DNA from: a virus
Taxonomy: Duplodnaviria > Heunggongvirae > Uroviricota > Caudoviricetes
Strand: one strand, 5' to 3'
DNA: 38,440 bases
Virus record (IMG/VR): IMGVR_UViG_2663762939_000006
Numbering within the stretch: the first letter of the stretch is position 1; each line of letters starts with the position of its first letter. Shown one piece after another: positions 27,755 through 36,511 of this stretch. The position numbers and the translations under genes are program-made. A model generated the notes under the pieces. The model worked only from the letters and a program-made list of their open reading frames with translations. It was not told where the DNA came from and did no database searches.

Positions 27755-27968
27755 GAATCCCCGATTAACGTTAACAGAACATCAGCGCCGTGCTGAAGCA
27801 GTGAACAATGTTCTGGAAGATATTATCCGGTTACATCGCGGAGAACTGAGTGTCTGTCGTGCCGCTTTTCATTTTCAGGGAATACAAAAGCAGTTTGATA
27901 CTTCTGTTTTTGCAGAAGGTATTACTTATGCCCTGGACCGGATAAGGTCAGAAAATCGCCCCGGATAA
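27753..27968 (+). CDS. hypothetical small protein (71 aa)
   Basis: ATG 27753 preceded by strong SD AAGGAG at 27741-27746. Confidence 0.6.
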   Translation: MNPRLTLTEHQRRAEAVNNVLEDIIRLHRGELSVCRAAFHFQGIQKQFDTSVFAEGITYALDRIRSENRPG

Positions 27969-28157
27969 TCCCTAAACCACATTAACAGAAATCCCACTAT
28001 CCCTGCCGCATCATGAAAGAACGACCAGCCCGGAACCCGAAATCCGGGCTGGCCATCGTCCCACAGGAATGCACTGTGAGCCGACCGAGGTTCAGTCAGT
28101 CTCGCGAGACCAGACTAGCCTGCCATATTTTTAGTAATTGTAAAAGGCTTACAGATT

Positions 28158-28922
28158 ATGAAAATGCAGACATTACCCATCGTTCCATGGATTGGTGGCA
28201 AACGCCGCCTTGCAAAACACATTCTGCCGCTGTTTCCGGCGCATGAATGTTATGTGGAGCCGTTTTGTGGGGCAGCAGCGCTCTATTTTCTTAAGACACC
28301 CGGCAAGATCGAAGTCATTAATGATATCAACGGTGAACTGGTGAATCTGTACCGGGTGGTAAAGCATCACCTGGAAGAATTTGTCCGCCAGTTCAAATGG
28401 GCGCTGGTCAGCCGTCAGATCTACAAATGGCTGCAGATCACCCCGGAAGAAACACTGACGGATATCCAGCGTGCGGCACGGTTCTACTACCTTCAGAAGC
28501 AGGCGTTTGGCGGCAAGGTGGCAGAGCACAGCTTCGGTACCTCCACCACATCCCCGCCACGCTTCAACCTGCTGCGTATTGAAGAAGAACTGTCAACAGC
28601 ACACCTGCGGCTTTCCAGAACAGTCATAGAACACATGGACTGGCAACAGTGCATTGAGCGTTATGATCGTCCGCACACACTGTTCTACTGCGACCCACCG
28701 TACCTGGGTACGGAAGGCTATGGTGTGGATTTTCCTGAAGGGAACTACTCGCGGCTGGCAGAGCTGGCCCGGTGCATCAGAGGAAAAATGATAATTTCGG
28801 TGAACGATATCCCACAGATGCGCGAGGTGTTCACTGGACTGAACATACAGACAGTGAACATCAACTACAGTCTGGCGGGGAAATCCACGCCGCGCCGTGA
28901 ACTGGTAATCTGCAACTTCTGA
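28158..28922 (+). CDS. DNA N6-adenine methyltransferase (Dam-like, D12 class)
   Basis: N-terminal ..KRRLAKHILPLFPAHECYVEPFCGAAALYF.. and catalytic DPPY motif (YCDPPYLGTEGYG). Confidence 0.85.
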   Translation: MKMQTLPIVPWIGGKRRLAKHILPLFPAHECYVEPFCGAAALYFLKTPGKIEVINDINGELVNLYRVVKHHLEEFVRQFKWALVSRQIYKWLQITPEETLTDIQRAARFYYLQKQAFGGKVAEHSFGTSTTSPPRFNLLRIEEELSTAHLRLSRTVIEHMDWQQCIERYDRPHTLFYCDPPYLGTEGYGVDFPEGNYSRLAELARCIRGKMIISVNDIPQMREVFTGLNIQTVNINYSLAGKSTPRRELVICNF

Positions 28923-28952
28923 AACAAAACCGGAAAGCACAATGCTTTCCGG
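28922..28952 (-). terminator. rho-independent terminator downstream of the repressor gene
   Basis: 9-bp GC-rich stem CCGGAAAGC/GCTTTCCGG with 5-nt loop, followed on the minus strand by TTTTGTTT. Confidence 0.6.
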
Positions 28953-29038
28953 TAAACCAAACAACTTCCACTATGTCACTGGCGATGTTTTCTGAAAGCA
29001 TCCAGATCAACCACCTGTCCTTTGTGTCCAGGTCAAAA

Positions 29039-29377
29039 TCAGCCTGCGAGTTTGCTTGGTTTGGGTTGAATGAAGACTTTGCCGACCTCAAGAATTGCCC
29101 TCCGTTGTTCGGGGCTCATTTCGTCGAATGCATCCATTAACTCTTTCTTTTCTTGTGACACATAAGGTGCAACAACAGGCTGACTCCGCACCCCAGTAAC
29201 TACATACAAAATATCTACACCGATTTCTGATAGTGCAGATAACTGCACTGCAGTAGGAGAAGTGCGATCTTTTTCCCAATCAATGAAAGTTCTCTTTGCC
29301 ACACCTATAGCATCAGCCAACCCTTGCTGTGTAAGAGATAGACGCTCTCTTTCTTCTTTAATACGTAACCCGATCAT
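29039..29377 (-). CDS. XRE-family HTH repressor (immunity repressor candidate); start ambiguous (29377, 29452/29455 or 29530)
   Basis: MIGLRIKEERERLSLTQQGLADAIGVAKRTFIDWEKDRTSP is a classic XRE helix-turn-helix; divergent from the Ner-like gene. Confidence 0.7.
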   Translation of the reverse strand: MIGLRIKEERERLSLTQQGLADAIGVAKRTFIDWEKDRTSPTAVQLSALSEIGVDILYVVTGVRSQPVVAPYVSQEKKELMDAFDEMSPEQRRAILEVGKVFIQPKPSKLAG

Positions 29378-29401
29378 GTGAGTTTTTCTGCACTCTTTAA
29401 G

Positions 29402-29430
29402 TTGACTGGTGAGGTAATCTGCACCATAAT
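29402..29430 (+). promoter_or_regulatory. sigma70-type early promoter (-35 TTGACT, 17-bp spacer, -10 CATAAT) with overlapping imperfect palindrome
   Basis: Near-consensus hexamers 48 bp upstream of the Ner-like ATG; TGGTGAG-N6-TGCACCA palindrome spans the spacer. Confidence 0.6.
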
Positions 29431-29477
29431 CTATCACACATAAGGCAAACATCATTGCATCAACAAAGGAGACAACG

Positions 29478-29666
29478 ATGACTGCAGAACAAGTCAAAGC
29501 TCTCTTCCGCCAGCGCGGGATCACTTTCACCCGCTGGGCAGAAGAAAACGGCTACAACCGCAATGAGGTATACCGCGTTCTCAATGGGCAGACCAAAGCC
29601 CGTTACGGTAAATCCCATGAAATCGCCGTGAAGTTGGGGCTGAAATCAACAGCTCAGGCAGCCTGA
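29478..29666 (+). CDS. ner: Ner/Nlp-like small DNA-binding regulator
   Basis: SD AAAGGAGA then ATG 29478; ..GYNRNEVYRVLNGQTKARYGKSHEIAVKLGL aligns with Mu Ner ..GYAPTTLANALERHWPKGEQIIANAL as recalled. Confidence 0.6.
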   Translation: MTAEQVKALFRQRGITFTRWAEENGYNRNEVYRVLNGQTKARYGKSHEIAVKLGLKSTAQAA

Positions 29667-29712
29667 AGATTTTGAGTCTTTGTAAAAGGTTATCACATAT
29701 CGCAAAAGAGGT

Positions 29713-30027
29713 ATGCAGATGAGTAAGACGAATGTTTCAAGCTCCGGCAGTCGCATCCTCCGGGTACTCAAAGCGCTGCGCGGTCATGCCCTGAACGGTA
29801 TTTCCAACGGTGAACTGGCGGCAGCACTGCACGAGTCACCGGCAAACATCAACCGGGCACTCAACACCCTCATTGAAGAAGGGTTGGCCCTGAAACTGGA
29901 AAACGGGCGTTTCGCGCCGGGCATCCAGTTACTGCAGATCGCTATGGCCCACAGTAACGAGATGGCACGTGCACAGGATCGCATTAACGAAATCAACCAA
30001 CGTGTCATTTCAGGTAGTCGTTTGTAA
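29713..30027 (+). CDS. small winged-helix DNA-binding protein (IclR/MarR-like HTH)
   Basis: ..ILRVLKALRGHALNGISNGELAAALHESPANINRALNTLIEEGLA.. wHTH pattern; SD AAGAGG. Confidence 0.5.
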   Translation: MQMSKTNVSSSGSRILRVLKALRGHALNGISNGELAAALHESPANINRALNTLIEEGLALKLENGRFAPGIQLLQIAMAHSNEMARAQDRINEINQRVISGSRL

Positions 30028-30037
30028 GGAGTAATAA

Positions 30038-30949
30038 ATGGGACGCACCAAATCACCGATTAACACTGAACTGAACGCCGAGGTACCGCTGTCGGATGAT
30101 CTCAATGTCAGTCTGAACGCCATGACACAGCATCGTATGGAGATCATGCAGCAGTTTGGCGATGGTCAGCCCTATGAGCGTGATCGCATAGTTCATGAGG
30201 CTCGGTTTTATATGGCACAGAGCGCTGAGGCCATGCTGGAAGCAGGTAAACGACTTATTATTCTCAAAGAAAATGAACCTCACGGGGACTTTGTTGGAAT
30301 TGTAGAAGAACAACTTGGTCTGCATGTGCGCGCAGCACAACGAATGATGAAAGCATCTTTGAAATACCTTTCACCAAAACTAGAGCCAAAAGCGACAACG
30401 TTGTCGCTTTTAGGTAAGGCAAAATTATTTGAACTTGTTGCTGAAGATGACGACGACCTTGCTGAACTGGCCGACGGTGGCACAGTTGCCGGACTGACGC
30501 TTGACGATGTTGATCGCATGTCAGTACGTGAATTGCGTCAGGCCCTGCGCGAAGCGCGCGAAACCAACGCAGCACAACAGCGCGTACTCGCCGACAAAAA
30601 TGAAAAAATAGACTCACTCTCCACCAGACTGGAGAAGAAATCCCGTATTCAGCCACCTGAGCCTGATGAAGAGGTGAAGAAACTGCGGGCAGAAGTGACC
30701 GCGTTAGCGGTTGAGGCGGAATCTGCCATCGCCGTTCGACTGTCCAGCGCTTTTGAGACGCTGTGCGCATATTGTGCTGAAAACATGATTGATACCCCCA
30801 GAGACTTCATGGCAGGCCTGGTCTGTCAACTGGAAAGCACAGCGCGTAGCCTGCGCTCCACATTTGACCTGCCGGACGAGCCAACAGGCAATGCAGCGCC
30901 TTCATGGCTGACTGAGCCGACGCCACAGATTAACGGGCTGGAGGCATAA
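30038..30949 (+). CDS. hypothetical early protein (303 aa, coiled-coil-rich)
   Basis: SD AAGGAG, ATG 30038; immediately upstream of transposase. Confidence 0.5.
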   Translation: MGRTKSPINTELNAEVPLSDDLNVSLNAMTQHRMEIMQQFGDGQPYERDRIVHEARFYMAQSAEAMLEAGKRLIILKENEPHGDFVGIVEEQLGLHVRAAQRMMKASLKYLSPKLEPKATTLSLLGKAKLFELVAEDDDDLAELADGGTVAGLTLDDVDRMSVRELRQALREARETNAAQQRVLADKNEKIDSLSTRLEKKSRIQPPEPDEEVKKLRAEVTALAVEAESAIAVRLSSAFETLCAYCAENMIDTPRDFMAGLVCQLESTARSLRSTFDLPDEPTGNAAPSWLTEPTPQINGLEA

Positions 30950-30952
30950 CCA

Positions 30953-32722
30953 ATGAATGCTGCCCTGACTGAACGACTGGTTTATGTCGCCCGCGCGGCA
31001 CGTGACGCGGGGCATGGTAAACGCGGTGCAATATACGACGCTGCCTGTGCTGAACTTGGCATGTCCCGCGCCACTCTGCTGCGCAGGCTGAAGGAGGTCT
31101 CTGTGACTGATAAACGCAAAAAACGCGCCGATGCCGGGCGCAGCGCCCTGACCCGCGACGAAGCCGCGCTGATATCTGCCACACTGCGTGAGGCCACCCG
31201 CAAGAACGGTAAGCGTCTCTATTCCATCGCAGATGCAGTGGAAACCCTGCGGGCTAACGGCTTTATCACCGCAGGCAGAACAGATGAAACCACCGGTGAG
31301 TTTTTCCCGTTGTCCGAAGATGCCATCAGCCGAGCCCTGCGTAACTATGGCCTGCACCCGGAACAACTGGATGCCCCTGCGCCGCATACCGAAGTGGCCA
31401 GTCTGCATCCCAATCATGTCTGGCAGATTGATGCCTCTCTCTGCACGCTTTACTACCTGAGCAATGGACACAAAGGGCTGCAGGTGATGGACAGCGCGAA
31501 GTTCTACAAGAACAAACCCGCTAACCTTGCCCGTATCGCCAGTGACCGCGTGTGGAGTTACGAGATTACCGACCATGCCAGCGGCTGGATTTACGTTGAG
31601 TATGTGACGGGTGCGGAATCCGGTGAGAACCTGTGTTCTGTGCTTATCAACGCCATGCAGGAGCGTGGCGGCGCAGACGTGCTGCACGGCGTGCCAAAAA
31701 TACTCTATCTCGACCCCGGCTCGGCAAACACCGCGGGTATGACGAAAAACATGTGCCACTCACTGGGCATTGACCTGATAGCGCACAAGCCGCATAACGC
31801 CCGCGCCACCGGACAGGTGGAAAAGGCGCGTGACATTATCGAACGCAAGCTGGAGCCGGGTCTGAAGTTCCGGCCGGTTCACAGTCTGGAAGAACTCAAC
31901 GCGCTGGCCGCGAAATGGCGCAGCCACTTTAACGCCACGGCTGTTCACAGCCGCCACGGTAAAACCCGCACGGATATCTGGCTGAAGATTACTGCTGAGC
32001 AGCTGAAAAAAGCGCCTTCCGTTGAGGTATGCCGTGAACTGGCTGTGGCGGCACCAGAACTCCGCAAAGTCACGCCAAAACTTCGTGTCTCGTTCCGGGG
32101 CACTGAATTTGACGTATCAACGGTACCGGGCGTACTGGTTGGTGAAAAACTGATGATTACCCGTAACCCGTGGCGCAGCGATGTGGCACAGGTGGTTCTG
32201 ACCGGTGAGGACGGCCACGAGACGTTCTTCCTGGTCGAAGAGGTCAGAAAGAACGAGTTTGGCTTTGCTGAAGGCGCGGCGGTATTTGGCGAAAGTTACA
32301 AAGCCCTGCCGGAAACCCCGGCGCAGATGGCGGCAAAAGAAACCGAAGCGCTGGTCACCGGTACAGACAACGCCGCAGATGCAGCTGCCGCACGCAAGGC
32401 GAAGGCGCTGCCGTTCGGCGGGCGGCTTGACCCGTATAAACATATCGACGACACCACACTTCCGGCCTATATGCCGAAGCGTGGTCAGGCCTCTGACGTA
32501 CGCGGGCCGCGCACTGAACAACGTCCCATGACTCATGTGGAGGCCGCGAAAGCCCTGCGCGATAAGTTCAGCGCCGACGGCCTTACCTGGACGCCGGAAC
32601 ATTACCGCCAGTTAACGGCACAGTACCCGGACGGCGTACCGGAAGCCGCACTGGATGAAGTCATGGCCACGCTGACCACACCGGCCCGCAGCAGTGTTAT
32701 CAGCATTGTTAACGGCAACTGA
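30953..32722 (+). CDS. DDE transposase (Mu A-like, integrase-core fold)
   Basis: 589 aa; ..HVWQIDAS.. and ..LYLDPGSANT.. acidic-residue blocks consistent with a DDE/rve core; followed by a B-like ATPase. Confidence 0.8.
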   Translation: MNAALTERLVYVARAARDAGHGKRGAIYDAACAELGMSRATLLRRLKEVSVTDKRKKRADAGRSALTRDEAALISATLREATRKNGKRLYSIADAVETLRANGFITAGRTDETTGEFFPLSEDAISRALRNYGLHPEQLDAPAPHTEVASLHPNHVWQIDASLCTLYYLSNGHKGLQVMDSAKFYKNKPANLARIASDRVWSYEITDHASGWIYVEYVTGAESGENLCSVLINAMQERGGADVLHGVPKILYLDPGSANTAGMTKNMCHSLGIDLIAHKPHNARATGQVEKARDIIERKLEPGLKFRPVHSLEELNALAAKWRSHFNATAVHSRHGKTRTDIWLKITAEQLKKAPSVEVCRELAVAAPELRKVTPKLRVSFRGTEFDVSTVPGVLVGEKLMITRNPWRSDVAQVVLTGEDGHETFFLVEEVRKNEFGFAEGAAVFGESYKALPETPAQMAAKETEALVTGTDNAADAAAARKAKALPFGGRLDPYKHIDDTTLPAYMPKRGQASDVRGPRTEQRPMTHVEAAKALRDKFSADGLTWTPEHYRQLTAQYPDGVPEAALDEVMATLTTPARSSVISIVNGN

Positions 32723-32732
32723 GGAGGGAAAC

Positions 32733-33899
32733 ATGCTGGTACTGAAGCAGCAACTGAAAGAGGCCCGTATTCCACAGGCGGTGGTGGCGAGAGCTGTCGA
32801 TGTTTCTGAGGCCACGCTGGCCCAGATTGTGAATCATAACGCGTGGCCCCGCACCAGCCCCGGAGAAGTGCGCCGGCGTCTTGCGTCCTGGCTGGAAAGT
32901 CAGGGGATTGATACAACGAAGAGTTTTGATGCTGTACAGGGCGCGGCCACGCCCCGTACAGCGGGTACCACAGATAAAACGAGCCTCAGTGAGGAAGAGA
33001 ATATGTTACTCAAAAAACAGGTGTTATTTCCAGCAACCAAAAAAGCGTTTGGTCTTTTCCGTGACCCGTTCGCCGACGAAGCCATTCAGGGTTCTGATGA
33101 TGTGTTCACCACCCCGGACATTCGCTACGTGCGTGAGGCGTTGTACCAGACAGCCCGTCATGGTGGGTTTATGGCCGTCATCGGTGAGTCCGGTGCGGGT
33201 AAATCCACGCTGCGCCGCGACCTGACTGAACGTATCAACCGCGAGAATGCGCCGGTAATTGTTATCGAGCCATACATCATCGCTATGGAAGACAACGATG
33301 TGAAAGGGAAAACCCTGAAGGCAGCAGCGATTGCCGAAGCCATTATCAGTACCATCGCACCACTGGAAAGCATCAGACGCAGTCAGGACGCCCGCTTTCG
33401 CCAGTTGCATCGCGTCCTGAAAGACAGCAGCCAGGCGGGGTTCAGCCACGTTCTGGTGATTGAGGAGGCCCACAGTCTGCCTATTCCGACACTGAAACAC
33501 CTCAAACGCTTTTTTGAGCTGGAGTCCGGTTTCAAAAAACTGCTGTCCATCGTGCTGATTGGCCAGCCGGAACTGGCGACAAAACTGTCTGAACGCAATA
33601 TGGAAGTCCGTGAAGTCGTTCAGCGCTGTGAGGTGGTCGAACTTCTGCCTCTGGACAATAACCTTGAAGAGTTTCTGACGTTCAAACTGCAACGGGCCGG
33701 TAAACAACTGACGGACATTATGGACGCCAGCGCAGTGGATGCCATACGTGCCCGCCTGAGCAATCCGGGAAGTCATCGTAAAAATATGGTCAGCCTGCTG
33801 TATCCGCTGGCCGTCAGTAACCTGGTAATAGCCGCCATGAATCTGGCCGCTGAAATCGGGGTTCCACAGGTCAACGCTGACGTTGTCAAAGGGGTTTAA
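32733..33899 (+). CDS. transposition ATPase (Mu B-like AAA+ with N-terminal HTH)
   Basis: ATG 32733 after SD GAGGAGGG; Walker A GESGAGKST; N-terminal DNA-binding-like segment. Confidence 0.75.
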   Translation: MLVLKQQLKEARIPQAVVARAVDVSEATLAQIVNHNAWPRTSPGEVRRRLASWLESQGIDTTKSFDAVQGAATPRTAGTTDKTSLSEEENMLLKKQVLFPATKKAFGLFRDPFADEAIQGSDDVFTTPDIRYVREALYQTARHGGFMAVIGESGAGKSTLRRDLTERINRENAPVIVIEPYIIAMEDNDVKGKTLKAAAIAEAIISTIAPLESIRRSQDARFRQLHRVLKDSSQAGFSHVLVIEEAHSLPIPTLKHLKRFFELESGFKKLLSIVLIGQPELATKLSERNMEVREVVQRCEVVELLPLDNNLEEFLTFKLQRAGKQLTDIMDASAVDAIRARLSNPGSHRKNMVSLLYPLAVSNLVIAAMNLAAEIGVPQVNADVVKGV

Positions 33900-33901
33900 T
33901 A

Positions 33902-34171
33902 ATGAAATCCACCACAGGTATCAACCAGCAAATCAGCAAAGTGCAGTCAGCCATTATGGCGCTTAAGGCGACGAACACGGATGTACAAAGCATCACCATC
34001 AGGGGTAACAAACCTGTCATCCGCGTTTCCCGGAGTGCGCATTGCATGCGCATGCTTGAGCAGGGAAAGGCCTGTTATCTGTATACCGGTCATGACCACA
34101 GGGGACATTTCCGTCAGGGCGTTTTCGAACTGCACGGCTGTCGCGTCGTGTGGCCGGAATCTTTGTGGTAA
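33902..34171 (+). CDS. hypothetical small protein (Cys/His-containing)
   Basis: ATG 33902 abutting B stop (TAATAATG). Confidence 0.45.
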   Translation: MKSTTGINQQISKVQSAIMALKATNTDVQSITIRGNKPVIRVSRSAHCMRMLEQGKACYLYTGHDHRGHFRQGVFELHGCRVVWPESLW

Positions 34172-34198
34172 TCAGCACAACAGGAGGAGTCATAAAAT

Positions 34199-34729
34199 AT
34201 GGCAAAAAGTACAAAAGGGGCAAAACGTATCAAAGCCGCAGCAGCACTCTGGGTGCCGGGGACACGCGAAGAGGTCATTGAGGGAATCAGACTGCTTGGT
34301 GACGCGCAACGTGAACTGGTCAGGGCTGAAACAGAAATGAATGACACCATTGGCGACATCACCGCACGTTATGCCCCGCTCACCGAGAGCCTGAAAAAAC
34401 GCATGGCCGAACTGCAGTCCGGTATTCAGACATGGTGTGAGGCACACCGTAATGAACTGACCGGCAACGGGAAGGTGAAGTTCGCTAACCTCACCACCGG
34501 CGAGGTGCAGTGGCGAAACCGTCCGCCATCAGTCAGTATCCGTGGGGCGGATAATGTTATTGAATTACTGAGACGTCTGGGGCTTGAGCGCTTTATCCGT
34601 GTAAAGGAGGAAATAAATAAAGACGCCATCCTGAATGAAAAGGACGCCGTGAAAAATATTCCCGGTATTACCATAAAAAGTGATATTGAGGATTTTTCAA
34701 TAATTCCTTTTGAGCAGAATGTGCAGTAA
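34199..34729 (+). CDS. gam: Gam-like host-nuclease inhibitor (DNA-end binding)
   Basis: SD AGGAGG; 176 aa; N-terminal Lys-rich ..RIKAAAALWVPGTREEV.. then coiled-coil, as in Mu Gam. Confidence 0.7.
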   Translation: MAKSTKGAKRIKAAAALWVPGTREEVIEGIRLLGDAQRELVRAETEMNDTIGDITARYAPLTESLKKRMAELQSGIQTWCEAHRNELTGNGKVKFANLTTGEVQWRNRPPSVSIRGADNVIELLRRLGLERFIRVKEEINKDAILNEKDAVKNIPGITIKSDIEDFSIIPFEQNVQ

Positions 34730-34825
34730 AAACAGCATATAAGCTATTTAAAACAGCCTTTTCTTTTTTATTCCGGCATCAGCGCCGTGGGCTTCTGCAC
34801 GCCGGAAACAGAGGAGAATTAAATC

Positions 34826-35020
34826 ATGATATTTAAATGTATTCAGTGCGAGAGGGATATAACAGCCCTGCGTTTTCACAGCGCCATCGCCGTGATGTCC
34901 GGTAAGTACCACGTACCTGCAGTACGCGTCACCCTGGTCTGTCCGTACTGCAGTCAGCATTTTTCGGCAGACGTGCCCGTCATGGAATTCTCCCGCCCTG
35001 ACAGGGAGGACTCGCAATGA
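34826..35020 (+). CDS. small zinc-ribbon protein (CxxC...CxxC)
   Basis: CIQC and CPYC pairs; SD GAGGAG. Confidence 0.5.
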   Translation: MIFKCIQCERDITALRFHSAIAVMSGKYHVPAVRVTLVCPYCSQHFSADVPVMEFSRPDREDSQ

Positions 35021-35289
35021 TTACCCCACAGGAAGCACGACAGCGCACCCGAACCCTTGTTGAACACTATGTCAACGAGTGTGAATGCCGCGACCTCACC
35101 GATGTGAAGCACGTCCTGACGGCGCTAATCAGCATGACCGCTCAGGCCATTGTGGCGACCAACGGAAAGGCGGCTGCCCTGCAGGTACTGGTGAACACAC
35201 TCACCCACACGGCAGAGCACGATGTGCCGTACCGGATGGAAACCACTGCAGAAGGCGGCCTGCACATCACCGTCGACCGGAAACACTGA
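35017..35289 (+). CDS. hypothetical protein (90 aa)
   Basis: ATG overlaps upstream stop (ATGA); SD GGGAGGA. Confidence 0.45.
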   Translation: MITPQEARQRTRTLVEHYVNECECRDLTDVKHVLTALISMTAQAIVATNGKAAALQVLVNTLTHTAEHDVPYRMETTAEGGLHITVDRKH

Positions 35290-35298
35290 GGGCGCGGC

Positions 35299-35604
35299 AT
35301 GACACGGAACACCGAACTCACCCGCACCGCCCTCTACCGTCTGGCCCTGCAGCGTTTCGGGCCGGACGCACAGGCCCTGAAACTGACAGAAGAGGCCGCT
35401 GAACTGGCGGCCAGTGCCGCCCGCAACCTGAACGGACAGGGCAGCGAAAGTGACCTCGCGGCAGAGCTGGCAGACGTGGAAATCATGACAGAGCAGCTGC
35501 GCCTTCAGGGAATGGACCGGCTGATTGACTTCCACAAACAGAAAAAACTGGAACGCCTTGCCGCACGGCTGGGCGTCATGTACACCGGAGATACTGAACA
35601 ATGA
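35299..35604 (+). CDS. MazG-like nucleotide pyrophosphohydrolase domain protein
   Basis: ..LTEEAAELAASAAR.. and ..AAELADVEIMTEQL.. resemble the EExxE / ExxD metal-binding helices of MazG-family proteins. Confidence 0.5.
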   Translation: MTRNTELTRTALYRLALQRFGPDAQALKLTEEAAELAASAARNLNGQGSESDLAAELADVEIMTEQLRLQGMDRLIDFHKQKKLERLAARLGVMYTGDTEQ

Positions 35605-36284
35605 CAGACCAGGATAAACACATTGAGAAACTGAAAAAGTTGCTGGCGCTGGCCGCATCCGGCAACCCTCACGAGGCCGCTCTGGCACTGCGCCGTGCCC
35701 GTAAACTGATGGATGTTCACGGCATCACACATTCCGACATCGCCATGAGTGATATTGATGAAACCATCAGTCACTACTGGCCGACAGGCAGCCTCCGTCC
35801 ACCGCGCTACATGCTGGGCCTGATGAACATCATCCGCGAGGCATTTGGTGTTAACTCCATCATTCACCCCGGCACATATCCGGGTGTGGGGTTCTACGGC
35901 AACCGGGAACGGGCTGCACTGGCTGCGTACACCTGGGAAGTGCTGGCCCGCCAGCTGAAAAAGGCGCGTCAGCAATATATCAGCGCACAGAACAAAAGAA
36001 TAAAAACTGCCACCCGTACCAGCCGTGGTGACCAGTTTGCTGAAGGCTGGGTGCTGGCCGTTATCAGTGAAATACAGTCCTTCGCCCTGACCGATGACGA
36101 ACGTGAACTGATGCAGCAGTGGCTGGAACATAAATACCCGCAGACGCAAACCACCAGGGCGCGTAAACCGGGAAGAAGCCGCAATGGCGACGCCTCGCGC
36201 TATGCGGGGTTTCTTGAAGGGCAGAACGTCAGACTGCACCGCCCGGTCAGTGGGCAGGAACAACAGAAACTGGAGGCCAGATGA
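35601..36284 (+). CDS. hypothetical protein with DUF2786-like N-terminus
   Basis: ..KHIEKLKKLLALAASGNPHEAALALRRARKLM.. ; translationally coupled. Confidence 0.45.
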   Translation: MTDQDKHIEKLKKLLALAASGNPHEAALALRRARKLMDVHGITHSDIAMSDIDETISHYWPTGSLRPPRYMLGLMNIIREAFGVNSIIHPGTYPGVGFYGNRERAALAAYTWEVLARQLKKARQQYISAQNKRIKTATRTSRGDQFAEGWVLAVISEIQSFALTDDERELMQQWLEHKYPQTQTTRARKPGRSRNGDASRYAGFLEGQNVRLHRPVSGQEQQKLEAR

Positions 36285-36511
36285 TTACGCTATCAGGTAA
36301 AAGCCGGAAATTAAAAGCCTGCCGAATATCTGCCAGATACCTTTTTGCCCGCGCCTTTTTTAAGAACGTCAGGCCGGGGATCACAATTGGTGTTATTGCC
36401 GGACGCGAACAGGTTGAAAAATACATGTCAGGTGCATGGTGGAATAACGACCCTGTCATTGCTGCCCGTAATATTCATATCAGTTGGGGGGATATTCAGA
36501 ATGACGGCTGA
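36281..36511 (+). CDS. hypothetical small protein (76 aa)
   Basis: ATG 36281 overlaps upstream stop; SD GGAGG. Confidence 0.4.
   Translation: MITLSGKSRKLKACRISARYLFARAFFKNVRPGITIGVIAGREQVEKYMSGAWWNNDPVIAARNIHISWGDIQNDG

Noticed and set aside
26500-29040. Two adjacent Mu-like prophages (late block of one, early block of another) meeting in this interval
   Set aside because: No transposase/B genes on the minus strand next to the late block and no Mu-end-like motif found by eye in this interval; a single divergent prophage is more parsimonious, but this cannot be excluded without flanking sequence.
29530-29530. Repressor starting at the track start 29530
   Set aside because: Would overlap the Ner-like gene's SD and first 17 codons on the opposite strand; internal ATGs at 29377 or 29452/29455 fit XRE-repressor architecture better, though a leaderless long form is not excluded.
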